Source: an uncultured Methylomirabilota bacterium
Lineage (GTDB): Bacteria; Methylomirabilota; Methylomirabilia; Methylomirabilales; 2-02-FULL-66-22
Direction of reading: 5' to 3'
DNA: 64,000 nucleotides
NCBI GenBank assembly: GCA_963714585.1
Contig: CAVQPC010000044.1
Location: 20,250-84,249 of the forward strand
Shown in pieces: positions 30,320-38,955 of this stretch. The first letter of the stretch is position 1, and the number at the start of each line of letters is the position of its first letter. The notes below the pieces were generated by a model, which did not search any database, had not been told where the DNA came from, and saw only the letters and a list, made by a program, of their open reading frames with translations. The position numbers and the translations under genes are program-made.

Positions 30320-31492
30320 ATGTTCAGCATAGTCCTGGCTCCAGGCAAGGAGAGCCGCCTTCAGGCGGGCCATCTGTGGATCTACCGGAGCGAGATCACC
30401 CGCATCGAAGACGAGGGCGACCCGGGCGCCATCGCCCTCGTCAAGGACAGCCGCGGGCGGCTCTTGGGCCAGGCCACGGTGAACCTGCAGTCGCAGATCG
30501 CCGGCCGGCTCCTTACCCGGGGTGATGCGCCGGTGGATGCCGCATTCTTCGAGCGCCGCATCCGGGAGGCTGTCTCCGGCTGCGGCCGCGCCGCGAGCGG
30601 CCACGACGCCTGCAGGCTCGTCTATGGCGAGGCGGATCGTCTGCCCGGCCTCATCGTGGATCGGTACGCCGATCTCCTCGTAATCCAGCTCCTGACGGCG
30701 GGGATGGAGCGCGTGCGCGAGTACCTCATCGCCGCCTTGCGGAGCGTGGTGCAGCCACGTGCCATCTTCGAGCGGAACGACGTGCCGCCGCGGAAGCTGG
30801 AAGGCCTGGAGCTTCGCAAGGGCTTCGCCTGGGGGACGGGCGAGACAGGCGTCTGGGTCCGCGAGGGCAGTCTGGAGTTCTTCGTGGAGATCAGCGAGGG
30901 GCAGAAGACGGGCCTTTTCCTGGATCAGCGGGAGAACCGGCAGGTGTTGGCTCGCCTGGCGGGGGGCCGGGAGGTCCTGGACTGCTTCTGCTACTCGGGC
31001 GGATTCAGCCTGAGTGCGGCGGCGGGCGGGGCGAGCGCGGTGCGGGGGATCGACCTCTCGGAGCAGGCTACGGGGTGGGCCGCCAAGAGTGCCGAGCGAA
31101 ACGGCCTCGGCTCCCGGTGCCGCTTCACGGTAGGCAATGCCTTCGACGAGCTTCGCGCCCTCGACCGCGAAGGCCAACGGTTCGGCCTGGTCATCCTGGA
31201 TCCGCCGGCCTTCACGAAAGGCAAGGCCGCGCTGGAGGGTGCCCTCCGCGGCTACAAGGAGATCAACCTGCGGGCCATGAAGCTGCTGGCCCCGGATGGA
31301 ATCCTCGTGACCTGCTCCTGTTCCTACCACGTGGACGCGCCCACGTTCCTGGAGACGCTCCGGTCGGCCGCGACGGATGCCCATCGCGAGTTCCACCTCC
31401 GGGAGTTTCGGACCCAGGCCGGCGATCATCCGATCCTGCTGGCGATGCGGGAGACACAGTACCTGAAGTGCGCGGTCCTGGAAGCGGTCTAA
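30320..31492 (+). CDS. Class I SAM-dependent rRNA methyltransferase (RlmI-like, PUA + MTase)
   Basis: MFSIVLAPGKESRLQAGHLWIYRSEI...RLVYGEADRLPGLIVDRYADLLVIQ...GQKTGLFLDQRENR...VLDCFCYSGGFS...LVILDPPAF.... Confidence 0.85.
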   Translation: MFSIVLAPGKESRLQAGHLWIYRSEITRIEDEGDPGAIALVKDSRGRLLGQATVNLQSQIAGRLLTRGDAPVDAAFFERRIREAVSGCGRAASGHDACRLVYGEADRLPGLIVDRYADLLVIQLLTAGMERVREYLIAALRSVVQPRAIFERNDVPPRKLEGLELRKGFAWGTGETGVWVREGSLEFFVEISEGQKTGLFLDQRENRQVLARLAGGREVLDCFCYSGGFSLSAAAGGASAVRGIDLSEQATGWAAKSAERNGLGSRCRFTVGNAFDELRALDREGQRFGLVILDPPAFTKGKAALEGALRGYKEINLRAMKLLAPDGILVTCSCSYHVDAPTFLETLRSAATDAHREFHLREFRTQAGDHPILLAMRETQYLKCAVLEAV

Positions 31493-31500
31493 GCATCGGA

Positions 31501-31536
31501 AAACGTAACTCGTAAAACGCAATCCGAGTTACGTTT
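31501..31536 (+). terminator. A/T-rich 12-bp inverted repeat downstream of the RlmI-like gene (possible terminator)
   Basis: AAACGTAACTCG (31501-31512) pairs with CGAGTTACGTTT (31525-31536) around a 12-nt loop. It is followed by T-rich CACGTTTTACGTTTC. Confidence 0.45.
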
Positions 31537-31569
31537 CACGTTTTACGTTTCAGGGGTGGAGAGCCGACC

Positions 31570-31749
31570 GTGAGCATGGGATGGCGGTGCGGGGTCTGTC
31601 GGAAGGAGCTTCGGGGGGTGTGGGCGCTCTTGCGCGGGAAGCCGTTTCCGGTCTGCTCTTCATGCCGCCTCATGGTCCATCACGGCTGCCTGAAGCAGGT
31701 GGATCCTCCCATCTGCCGCCGCTGCGCCGAAGCCCGCCCAAAGGACTAG
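31570..31749 (+). CDS. Small Cys-rich zinc-finger-like protein (57-59 aa; below ORF-track cutoff)
   Basis: (V S) MGWRCGVCRKELRGVWALLRGKPFPVCSSCRLMVHHGCLKQVDPPICRRCAEARPKD* contains three CxxC pairs plus HH..C. Third codon positions are G/C-rich. GGAG lies 9-15 nt upstream. The overlapping listed ORF 31581..31919 looks like noise. Confidence 0.4.
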   Translation: MSMGWRCGVCRKELRGVWALLRGKPFPVCSSCRLMVHHGCLKQVDPPICRRCAEARPKD

Positions 31750-31932
31750 CCCTGTTCCGAAGAACCTTCCACCACCAAGACTCCAAGGCACCAAGAAACA
31801 GGGCCCATTCCAGTCCCAGACAGACAAATGCCCAGGGACACCCGTGGGCGTCCGGCTTTTCGGCATCCTCGCCTTGGATGGCCATTCCCATCCCTGGCGT
31901 CTTGGTGGCTTGGGGGTGAGGGAATTGTCCGA

Positions 31933-33273
31933 TCAGGCCGAGGACTTCTCTACGGCCTCTCGAATCTCGACCACGATGGCCTGGGTCAGGCGCTGCTCGA
32001 TGGCCTCCAGGCTGGCCGCGGCTACCTCCTCAAATTGCAGGCCCATGCCGAGTTCCTCCGGCCGGCTCCTCTGGGCATCCGCATTCCGCCAGATGACCCG
32101 GGCGATCAGCGTGATCCAGCTCACCTCCCCCGGAAGCTGGAAGCGAAGGACCAGGCGCTCGCCCACCTCGAAGGGCGTGGGGGTTTGAATGAAGACCCCC
32201 CGCGCCGAGAGGGTGAAGCGGCCGGATTCCTGGAGGGCGCGCAGACTCTGGTACTGGATGGGCGTCTCCGCGCTGCGGCGCGGAACGCTGCGGCGCGGCG
32301 CGGCGCCGGAGCCGGGCGGCCCGGCATTCCACCCGAGCGCCCCCGTGCGGAGCAGGCGCTGCAGGATCCTCAGGGTCATCCAAACATCCAGGGGGCTGAC
32401 GGACAGGATCCCGTCCAGGTCCCGGGTGCCGTCCAGGAGTCCAACGAGGACGGCGCACGGCGGAGAGACCTCCTGCTGGATGCCGCTGCGGAGCGCGGCG
32501 GGCACTTCCAGGAGCACCCCCGGGCCGGGGAGGCCGATCCGCAGGCCGGGAAGCTCTTCCAGGCGCCGGGCGCCCTCCCGAAGGAGATCTTCGTTGGGCC
32601 GCGTGACCTCGCCCCCTTCGAGGGGCGATCCCTCGAGCGGAGGCGACAGGTTGAATGTCCCCTCGTGCCAGGTGAGTAGTTGATAGACGGCAGCTTCCCC
32701 TCGCCGGGAGCCCTGAGTTGCGCGGGTGATCTCGCCGTTTACGAAGGTGATCTCACCCTCCTCACCGGGCCGGGAGAGAAGCAGCCGCATGTTGCGCCGC
32801 TCCATCTGCTGCCAGCGGATCAGGGTGGGCAGCGGCATGGCCTGGAGCTGGCCGCTGGCCCCGGCGGGTACAGCCGGCTCCGGTGCAGTCGGCGCGGGCG
32901 GTCGCGTGCGCCGGAGGATGGACCGGACCCGGGCCTTCAGCTCTTCTGGGTCGATGGGCTTCGACAGGTAGTCTTCGGCCCCGATGTCCAGCCCGCGGAT
33001 CTTGTGACTGGATGTCCCCAGGGCGCTGACGAACACCAGGGGAATCCCGGCCGTCTTCGGATCTTGCTTCAGGATCTCGGCGATCTGAAACCCATCCATC
33101 CCAGGCATCATGGTGTCCAGAAAGATCAGATCGGGGCGCTCGGCCTTGGCCAGCTTCAGCGCCTCGTCGCCCTCCTTGGCCTCCATGACGGTGGCCGGCA
33201 GGGTCGCGAGGGTGTCGTGCATGATCCGACGGATCAGGGAATCGTCATCCACAACCAGGATACGCGGTGTCAT
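31933..33273 (-). CDS. Response regulator: REC + DUF4388-like + PilZ-like C-terminal domain
   Basis: The REC domain reads MTPRILVVDDDSLIRRIMHDTL...PDLIFLDTMMPGMDGFQIAEILK...PLVFVSAL...DYLSKP. The middle segment LPTLIRWQQMERRNMRLLL...ITFVNGEITRATQGSRRGEAAVYQLLTW.EGTF is DUF4388-like. The C-terminus RRS...GVFIQTPTPFEVGERLVLRFQLPG is PilZ-like. Confidence 0.8.
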   Translation of the reverse strand: MTPRILVVDDDSLIRRIMHDTLATLPATVMEAKEGDEALKLAKAERPDLIFLDTMMPGMDGFQIAEILKQDPKTAGIPLVFVSALGTSSHKIRGLDIGAEDYLSKPIDPEELKARVRSILRRTRPPAPTAPEPAVPAGASGQLQAMPLPTLIRWQQMERRNMRLLLSRPGEEGEITFVNGEITRATQGSRRGEAAVYQLLTWHEGTFNLSPPLEGSPLEGGEVTRPNEDLLREGARRLEELPGLRIGLPGPGVLLEVPAALRSGIQQEVSPPCAVLVGLLDGTRDLDGILSVSPLDVWMTLRILQRLLRTGALGWNAGPPGSGAAPRRSVPRRSAETPIQYQSLRALQESGRFTLSARGVFIQTPTPFEVGERLVLRFQLPGEVSWITLIARVIWRNADAQRSRPEELGMGLQFEEVAAASLEAIEQRLTQAIVVEIREAVEKSSA

Positions 33274-33547
33274 GACGGCCTCCCTTTGGAGAGCGCCGGT
33301 CGCGGGCCCATCGGTGACCGATGGGGGGTCCGGCGGCCTCCTTGCCTGCGGCGGAAGCGCCCGTGATGCGGCATGGAATACGCAGCATCAAAACACATCC
33401 CCGGCTGCGCCGTCAAGGATGAGCTGGCAATGGCGGGGGTCAAAGGACAACCGATCGAAGCAGGTTGCGGAGCCAGGAGCCTTGCGGCCGAGGTGTTCCG
33501 CCGGAAGGGAGAGTTGAATTTGTGTCACGCACACAGGAGTGGTGGGC

Positions 33548-33781
33548 TCAGGCCAGCAGGCCAGCGACGGGGATGAGGGTCTTCCGGACCGGGTCGGGGG
33601 CGAGGCCAAACTCCTCCAGGCTGACGGCGCGCTGGAGGCTGGTTGTCAAGCCGAGCCGTGAAATGGTGTCGGGCGGAAGCATGGTCCAGGTGGTCCCGGC
33701 GTCCACGAGGAGGTCTAGGGTAACCCTGGATTCCCGGCGCTGAGGATTCGCCAGGCGTGCTGTGACAGAAAAAATGTTCAT
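33548..33781 (-). CDS. Retropepsin-like (clan AA) aspartic protease, short or internally deleted
   Basis: The internal ATG at 33781 gives MNIFSVTARLANPQRRESRVTLDLLVDAGTTWTMLPPDTISRLGL...LEEFGLAPDPVRKTLIPVAG. It has a D-A-G active-site-like motif. At 77 aa it is shorter than the ~130 aa usual for this family. Confidence 0.45.
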   Translation of the reverse strand: MNIFSVTARLANPQRRESRVTLDLLVDAGTTWTMLPPDTISRLGLTTSLQRAVSLEEFGLAPDPVRKTLIPVAGLLA

Positions 33782-33913
33782 GGGAATATCCACGCGGCCT
33801 CTACCACCGACTCCCCCACCCCTCAAGGCGAAGGTCGGCGCGCCGGCGCGTGTTTGAGGACAGTCGGCATCGCCATGCGGCCACCGTCGCTTTCCGCGCT
33901 GACCCGCGGCAGC

Positions 33914-33962
33914 ATTTCCCGTTGACAGACCCGACCCGTGAGCGATAGGCTCCCCCCGAGCC
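33914..33962 (+). promoter_or_regulatory. Promoter-like repeat, copy A (TTGACA-18-TAGGCT) upstream of the DUF433 gene
   Basis: GTTGACAgacccgacccGTGAGCGATAGGctCCCcCCGAGCC has TTGACA at 33922-33927 and TAGGCT at 33946-33951. A near-identical copy lies at 34691-34740. Confidence 0.45.
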
Positions 33963-34050
33963 AACTGGTACGTTTCCACTGTCGAGGGGGCGCCCACTTG
34001 GAAGTGTGTGCGCGCTACGGTTGCGCCGTCGGGCTGGAGGTATTAAAGTT

Positions 34051-34284
34051 TTGAACGTGCGATGGCAGGAGCGCATCAGTGTCATTCCGGAGGTTCGGGG
34101 TGGAAAGCCCTGTATCAAGGGGACCCGCATCGCTGTTTACGATATCCTTGAATATCTCGCCGGGGGCATGACTGAGATCCAGATCCTCGCTGATTTTCCC
34201 GACCTCACGGCAGAAGATATCCGCGCCTGCTTGGCCTTCGCTGCCTCTCGCGAACGCCGGCTTGCGACCTCCTCAGCGGCGTGA
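34051..34284 (+). CDS. DUF433-domain protein (antitoxin-like partner of DUF5615)
   Basis: ...RWQERISVIPEVRGGKPCIKGTRIAVYDILEYLAGGMTEIQILADFPDLTAEDIRACLAFAA shows the DUF433 hallmark (G.P.I.GTRI.V..I......G.s..EI...yP.Lt.edI.aaL.fA). The start is uncertain: TTG 34051 follows GGAGG, and the listed ORF begins at 34006. Confidence 0.75.
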   Translation: MNVRWQERISVIPEVRGGKPCIKGTRIAVYDILEYLAGGMTEIQILADFPDLTAEDIRACLAFAASRERRLATSSAA

Positions 34285-34631
34285 AGCTCCTCCTCGACGA
34301 AAACCTGAGTCCCCGGCTCGTCCAAGCTTTGGGTCAGGAGTTTCCGGGTAGCGCCCATGTTCGTACGCTCGGCCTGAGGGGGGCGACGGACGCGGCGATC
34401 TGGGAACTTGCCCGGAGAGAGACCTATGCTATCGTCTCGAAGGACAACGACTTTCGACAGCTCAGTTTCCTCCACGGTGCTCCACCCAAGGTGATCTGGC
34501 TGTCGGTCGGGAATGCCGGGACGGAGACCATCCTCCGCTTCCTGCAAAGCCAGCGCGCAGCGATCCAGGCCTTTGAGGCCGACGCCGAGGCCTCCCTGCT
34601 CGTCCTTACGCTTGTGGAGAGCGCCGGCTAA
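34281..34631 (+). CDS. DUF5615-family PIN-like protein (toxin-like partner of DUF433)
   Basis: (GTG) KLLLDENLSPRLVQALGQEFPGSAHVRTLGLRGATDAAIWELARRETYAIVSKDNDF. There is a 4-nt start/stop overlap with the DUF433 gene. Confidence 0.75.
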   Translation: MKLLLDENLSPRLVQALGQEFPGSAHVRTLGLRGATDAAIWELARRETYAIVSKDNDFRQLSFLHGAPPKVIWLSVGNAGTETILRFLQSQRAAIQAFEADAEASLLVLTLVESAG

Positions 34632-34690
34632 CGCGTCGCTGAAATGGACAGAGACGACCCGCAACGGTTCAGGGGCCGACCGTCAGTTCG

Positions 34691-34740
34691 GATTCCTGTT
34701 GACATGCCAGAGCAGTGAGCGATAGGTTCCCATCCGAGCC
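34691..34740 (+). promoter_or_regulatory. Promoter-like repeat, copy B (TTGACA-18-TAGGTT) downstream of the DUF5615 gene
   Basis: GTTGACAtgccagagcaGTGAGCGATAGGttCCCatCCGAGCC has TTGACA at 34699-34704 and TAGGTT at 34723-34728. It is a direct repeat of 33914-33962. Confidence 0.4.
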
Positions 34741-34956
34741 TCCCGGCGCCATCTACACCTTACCGGAGTGCTCGCCCACACGGTTCCCCACCGGGGACAA
34801 CGGGCCGTACAGGCTCCTGCTCCTCTTGCACTTTACCTATGCGTTCGGGGCTTCGCGGCCTGCCACGTGCCGCGTCGTCAACGACAGTGAAGAATTGGAT
34901 TCACATCTCCGCGGAATCGAAGGGTTAGAGCTCAAATGGTACCAGGTACTGTTTTA

Positions 34957-35133
34957 GTGCACCATCACAGCGGCTTGGGCCTGCTGACTCCGTTCGATGT
35001 CCATCACGGGATGGCTGAGACCAGACTCGCGGAACCGGAGGCGACCCTACGGAAAGCCTTCGCGGCGACCCCGGACCGGTTCGTCCAAGGCGTGCCCACA
35101 CCCCCGGCCCTCCCCCAAGCGGTGTGGATCAAC
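34957..35133 (+). pseudogene. C-terminal remnant of an rve-type (IS3/IS481-like) transposase
   Basis: VHHHSGLGLLTPFDVHHGMAETRLAEPEATLRKAFAATPDRFVQGVPTPPALPQAVWIN resembles the extreme C-terminus of integrase-core transposases (H..IG..TP..VH.G.A........L..A....PERF....P.PP.LP..VWIN). No upstream catalytic domain is present. Confidence 0.5.
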
Positions 35134-35347
35134 AAGCGGCGAACGGCGGGTGCGGCATTGCCGACGGCGGTGCCCAGCGATCCCCCAGACATTGAGCCCG
35201 CAGCCCGGCGAGCGCGGGGCGCGCCCAACAGTGTGGCGCAGCGCACCCGCCGAGCGGACAGTGGGGGGGGCTGCACCCCCCGTCGAGGTCGCCGAACACG
35301 TTCTCGGGTCTCGGTGAATGGCTTCATACCGAAAGGAGGTGACTGAG

Positions 35348-36559
35348 ATGGCGGACGAATCGACCTCGATGCCCTGGCGGACGGCCCACTGGTTCTGCAG
35401 TCCCCACAACTTCGATCCGAACATCCCGGTGCCGCCCCATCCGGCCGAACTTCACGACATCACGGTGCGCGACGGCGAAGAATGCGCGGACGTCGCATTC
35501 ACCGTGGAAGACAAGGTGCGGATCGCGGAGGCGCTGTCGCTGGTGGGGGTCAAGCGCATGGAGTTGTTCTTGACGGTGCCGGGCTGGCTCGAGGCGGTGC
35601 GGGCGATCCTTCAGCGCAAGCTGCCGCTGCAGCTCTACGTGACATGGCACCCGGGGCGGGTCGAGCGCGTGCTGGACCTGGGCGTGCGGCACGTCATGGT
35701 CTGGTACCGGATCCTGGAGGAGCACCAACGATACGACCTGCAGCGGTCCCGGGCCGAGCTGCTGGAACAGGCGGCGAACCAAATCGCGGCCGCCCGGCAG
35801 GCGGGCTGCGAGGTGAACTTGTTCATCGTCGAGGCCACCCGCGCCCCGCTGGATCAGTTGCAGGAGACCGTGCGCGTGGGCAAGCAGGCGGGGGCGTCCG
35901 CCGTCACCGTCGTGGACAGCTTCGGCGTGGCCCGGCCAGGCGCCGTGGCCTTCCTGGTCCGGCAGGTGCGGGAGTGGTCCGGCCTGGCCGTGGACGTCCA
36001 CTGCCACAACGACTTCGGGCTGTCCACGGCGAACGTTTTGGCAGCCTACGAGGCCGGGGCGACCGGGCTGAACGTGGCGGTCAACGGGCTAGGCTATCGG
36101 GCGGGGAACGCGGCGCTGGACGAGGTCGCGATGGCGCTGAAGGTCCTGTACGGCCTCGACACCGGGTTGCGCCTGGAGCTGCTGCCCTGGCTGAGCCACC
36201 TGGTCGAGGAGATCAGCGGCATCCCCGTGGACTACTTCAAGCCAATCGTGGGGAAAGGAGCGTTTAGCGTCGAGCAGTGGAAGACGGGGGCCGCCATGGA
36301 GGCGGGTGGGGCGCGGCCCGTGGTGTTCCCCTTCGAGCCCGAGATGGTCGGCCGCACGCCGCGCGTCGTCGTCGGCAAATGGAGCGACGTGGGTGCCGTG
36401 GCCAAGAAGCTGACGGAGTACGGTCTCACCGCCTCGCCGGAGCAGATCGGCCAGATCCTGGTAGGCTGCCAGCGCGCCGGGATCGCCCACCACCGGCCGC
36501 TCAACGACGACGAGTTCCTGGCGATCGCGTTGGCCGGGGGCGCGATGGCCAGCGAGTGA
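35348..36559 (+). CDS. HMGL-like (DRE-TIM metallolyase; isopropylmalate/homocitrate-synthase-like) family protein
   Basis: AAAGGAGG lies before the ATG at 35348. The protein has ...LHDITVRDGEECADVAFTVEDKVRIAEALSLVGVKRME...VDVHCHNDFGLSTANVLAAYEAGATGLNVAVNGLGYRAGNAALDEV.... The DRE-TIM motif context and H.H metal site are present. Substrate is unknown. Confidence 0.7.
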   Translation: MADESTSMPWRTAHWFCSPHNFDPNIPVPPHPAELHDITVRDGEECADVAFTVEDKVRIAEALSLVGVKRMELFLTVPGWLEAVRAILQRKLPLQLYVTWHPGRVERVLDLGVRHVMVWYRILEEHQRYDLQRSRAELLEQAANQIAAARQAGCEVNLFIVEATRAPLDQLQETVRVGKQAGASAVTVVDSFGVARPGAVAFLVRQVREWSGLAVDVHCHNDFGLSTANVLAAYEAGATGLNVAVNGLGYRAGNAALDEVAMALKVLYGLDTGLRLELLPWLSHLVEEISGIPVDYFKPIVGKGAFSVEQWKTGAAMEAGGARPVVFPFEPEMVGRTPRVVVGKWSDVGAVAKKLTEYGLTASPEQIGQILVGCQRAGIAHHRPLNDDEFLAIALAGGAMASE

Positions 36560-36639
36560 GAGGCTGAGCCCGGACATCGACGTGGTCGTTCGGCGCGCCG
36601 GGGTCAGTTTGCCCCCCCGGGGCACAGGAGGAGAGGACG

Positions 36640-37647
36640 ATGAAACGCTGCCTGCAATTGCTGGTCGGTTGCCTCGTCGTCGCCGTTCTAGTCGGGCTCT
36701 TCGCGGGCGCGCCGCCCCAGGCGAGCGCCGCCGTCGAGATGCGCCTGACCCATCCCGCCGACCTGACGCACCCGGTGCACCTGGCGGCCGAGCGGATGGT
36801 CAAGCGGATCGCGGAGCGGACCAAGGGCGAGGTGAAGATCACCATCTTCCCCAACAACGCCCTCGGCGCGCCGCCCGAGGCCGCGCAGCAGGTTCGCCTG
36901 GGCGTCATCGACATGATGCTGCTGAACCCCGCCAACATCGAGGCCGTCGCCCCGAATCTCGGCGTCATCAACATCCCGTACCAGTTCGACGACTATGCCC
37001 ACGCGCATCGCACCCTCGACACGACGGCCTCGGAGTGGCTGCAGGCGGAGTTCAAGAAGGCCGGTTTCCAGCAGATCGCCTACTTCGAGTGGGGTTTCCG
37101 GGCGCTGAGCAACAGCGTTCGGCCCGTGAACGTTCCCGAGGACATCAAGGGGCTGAAGATCCGTGTCCCCCCCGAGCTGGCCATCAAGGCGGCCTTCGAG
37201 GCCCTCGGGGCCGTGACGGCCACGATCGCCTATCCCGAGGTGTACATGGCGCTGGCCACCAAGACGGTTGACGGGCAGGACAACCCGATCGGGAACACCT
37301 GGGCGGCCAAGTTCTACCAGGTCCAGAAGCACGAGGCGCTCACGCGACACATCTATGCCACGATCGCCTTCGCCGCCAGCCCCAAGGCGTGGGATCGGCT
37401 GACGCCGGAGCAGCGGACGATCGTGACCGAAGAGGGGCGCCGAGCCGGAAACGAGGCGCGTGCGGAGGTCCAGCAGCAGGAAAGCGCGTACCTCGCCGAC
37501 ATGGAGAAGGCCGGGGTGCAGGTAACCCGCCCCGAGGTGGCGAAGTTCCGCGCCCTGATGGGCCCGGCCTACGCGCAGCTCAAGAAGGTGCTCGGCGACG
37601 ACACGTGGGCGGCCTGGTCGAAGCTGGTGGACGCCGCGCGGAAGTAG
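36640..37647 (+). CDS. dctP: TRAP transporter substrate-binding protein (DctP family)
   Basis: It has a signal peptide followed by ...EMRLTHPADLTHPVHLAAERMVKRIAERTKGEVKITIFPNNALG...IPYQFDDYAHA...KIRVPP... in a typical DctP layout. Confidence 0.88.
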   Translation: MKRCLQLLVGCLVVAVLVGLFAGAPPQASAAVEMRLTHPADLTHPVHLAAERMVKRIAERTKGEVKITIFPNNALGAPPEAAQQVRLGVIDMMLLNPANIEAVAPNLGVINIPYQFDDYAHAHRTLDTTASEWLQAEFKKAGFQQIAYFEWGFRALSNSVRPVNVPEDIKGLKIRVPPELAIKAAFEALGAVTATIAYPEVYMALATKTVDGQDNPIGNTWAAKFYQVQKHEALTRHIYATIAFAASPKAWDRLTPEQRTIVTEEGRRAGNEARAEVQQQESAYLADMEKAGVQVTRPEVAKFRALMGPAYAQLKKVLGDDTWAAWSKLVDAARK

Positions 37648-37651
37648 GCCC

Positions 37652-38947
37652 ATGCTCGTTCTGGCGGTTTTCGGCGGCCTCGTCCTCCTCATGCTGCTGG
37701 GGGTCCCGATCGCCCTCAGCCTCGGGCTTACGGCCATTGGGATCATGTACTGGATGGGGGGCGCCGATCTCCTCATCATGTTCGGTCAGCGCGCCTACTT
37801 CGGGACCGCCTCGTTTCCCCTCCTGGCGATCCCTTTCTTCATCCTCGCCGGCAACCTGATGAACACCGGAGGGATCACCCAGCGCATCTTCGGCGTGGCC
37901 CAGCTCTGCGTCGGCCGTATCCACGGCGGGCTGGGCCACGTCAACGTCATCGCCAGCATGATCTTCGCCGGCATGTCGGGCTCGGCGGTGGCCGATGCCG
38001 CCGGGCTCGGCGTGGTGGAGATCGCCGCCATGACCAAGGCCGGGTACAGTCGCCGCTTCTCGGCGGCAATCACCGCGGTCTCCTCCACCATTGGGCCGAT
38101 CATCCCTCCCAGCATCCCCTTCGTCATCTACGGCAGCCTGATGAACGTCTCGGTGGGCGATCTGTTCCTGGCCGGTATCATCCCCGGCTTGCTCATGGGG
38201 TTCGCGCTGATGGCGGTGATCGCCCTCGTGGCGAAGCGCCAGAATCTGCCACGGATGGCTGACCGGCCCTCCGGCCGAGAGGCCCTCCGGGTGTTGGGCG
38301 GGGCGCTGCCTGCGCTGGTCATGCCCCCCTTGATCGTGGGGGGAATCCTGAGCGGCTGGTTCACGCCGACGGAGGCCGCGGTGGCCGCCTCGATCTATGC
38401 GATGTTCCTCGGCCTCGTGCTGTACCGGGAGCTCCGCTGGGGCGACCTTCCTGCCGTCCTCTGGGACAGCGCCAAGCAGACGGTGCAGGTCATGTTCATC
38501 ATTGCGGCGGCCTCGCCGTTCGGCTGGGTGCTCATTCAGCAGCAGATTCCCAACGCGATCATCAATGCCATGCTGCACATCTCATCCACGCCCTGGGAGG
38601 TTCTCCTCATGGTGAACGTGATCCTTCTGGTCATGGGGATGTTCATCGAGGGGATCGCGATCATGATCATCACGTTTCCGATCTTCATGCCGCTGATCCA
38701 GCAGATCCATGTCGACTCCACCCACTTCGGAGTGATCGTGGTCCTGAACCTGATGATCGGCCTGGTGACACCGCCCGTGGGCATGTGTCTGTACGCTGTC
38801 TCGGCGATCAGCAACGTGTCCATGGGGGAGATGTTCGCCGAGATGTGGCCCTACGTCCTGGCCCTGATCGCGGTGCTCGCCGTCGTGACCTACTGCCCGG
38901 ACATTGTCATGTACCTGCCCCGGACCTTCGGCTTCGCGCGCGGGTGA
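37652..38947 (+). CDS. dctM: TRAP transporter large permease (DctM)
   Basis: 431 aa: ...LLAIPFFILAGNLMNTGGITQRIF...GGLGHVNVIASMIFAGMSGSAVADAA...STIGPIIPPSIPFVIYG...VLNLMIGLVTPPVG. Confidence 0.9.
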   Translation: MLVLAVFGGLVLLMLLGVPIALSLGLTAIGIMYWMGGADLLIMFGQRAYFGTASFPLLAIPFFILAGNLMNTGGITQRIFGVAQLCVGRIHGGLGHVNVIASMIFAGMSGSAVADAAGLGVVEIAAMTKAGYSRRFSAAITAVSSTIGPIIPPSIPFVIYGSLMNVSVGDLFLAGIIPGLLMGFALMAVIALVAKRQNLPRMADRPSGREALRVLGGALPALVMPPLIVGGILSGWFTPTEAAVAASIYAMFLGLVLYRELRWGDLPAVLWDSAKQTVQVMFIIAAASPFGWVLIQQQIPNAIINAMLHISSTPWEVLLMVNVILLVMGMFIEGIAIMIITFPIFMPLIQQIHVDSTHFGVIVVLNLMIGLVTPPVGMCLYAVSAISNVSMGEMFAEMWPYVLALIAVLAVVTYCPDIVMYLPRTFGFARG

Positions 38948-38955
38948 GGAAGGAG

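Noticed and set aside
30060-30332. 90-aa ORF between ald and the RlmI-like gene (MLAPPWHAYEASKPKPGDSS...).
   Set aside because: It has no recognisable motif and a low-complexity Pro-rich C-terminus. It overlaps both neighbours' ends. It could be real, but the evidence is insufficient.
31581-32679. Listed plus-strand ORFs 31581..31919 (112 aa) and 31828..32679 (283 aa).
   Set aside because: Their composition is Gly/Arg/Pro-rich. The second lies antisense to the well-supported REC-PilZ regulator, and the first overlaps the better-supported small Cys-rich ORF in another frame.
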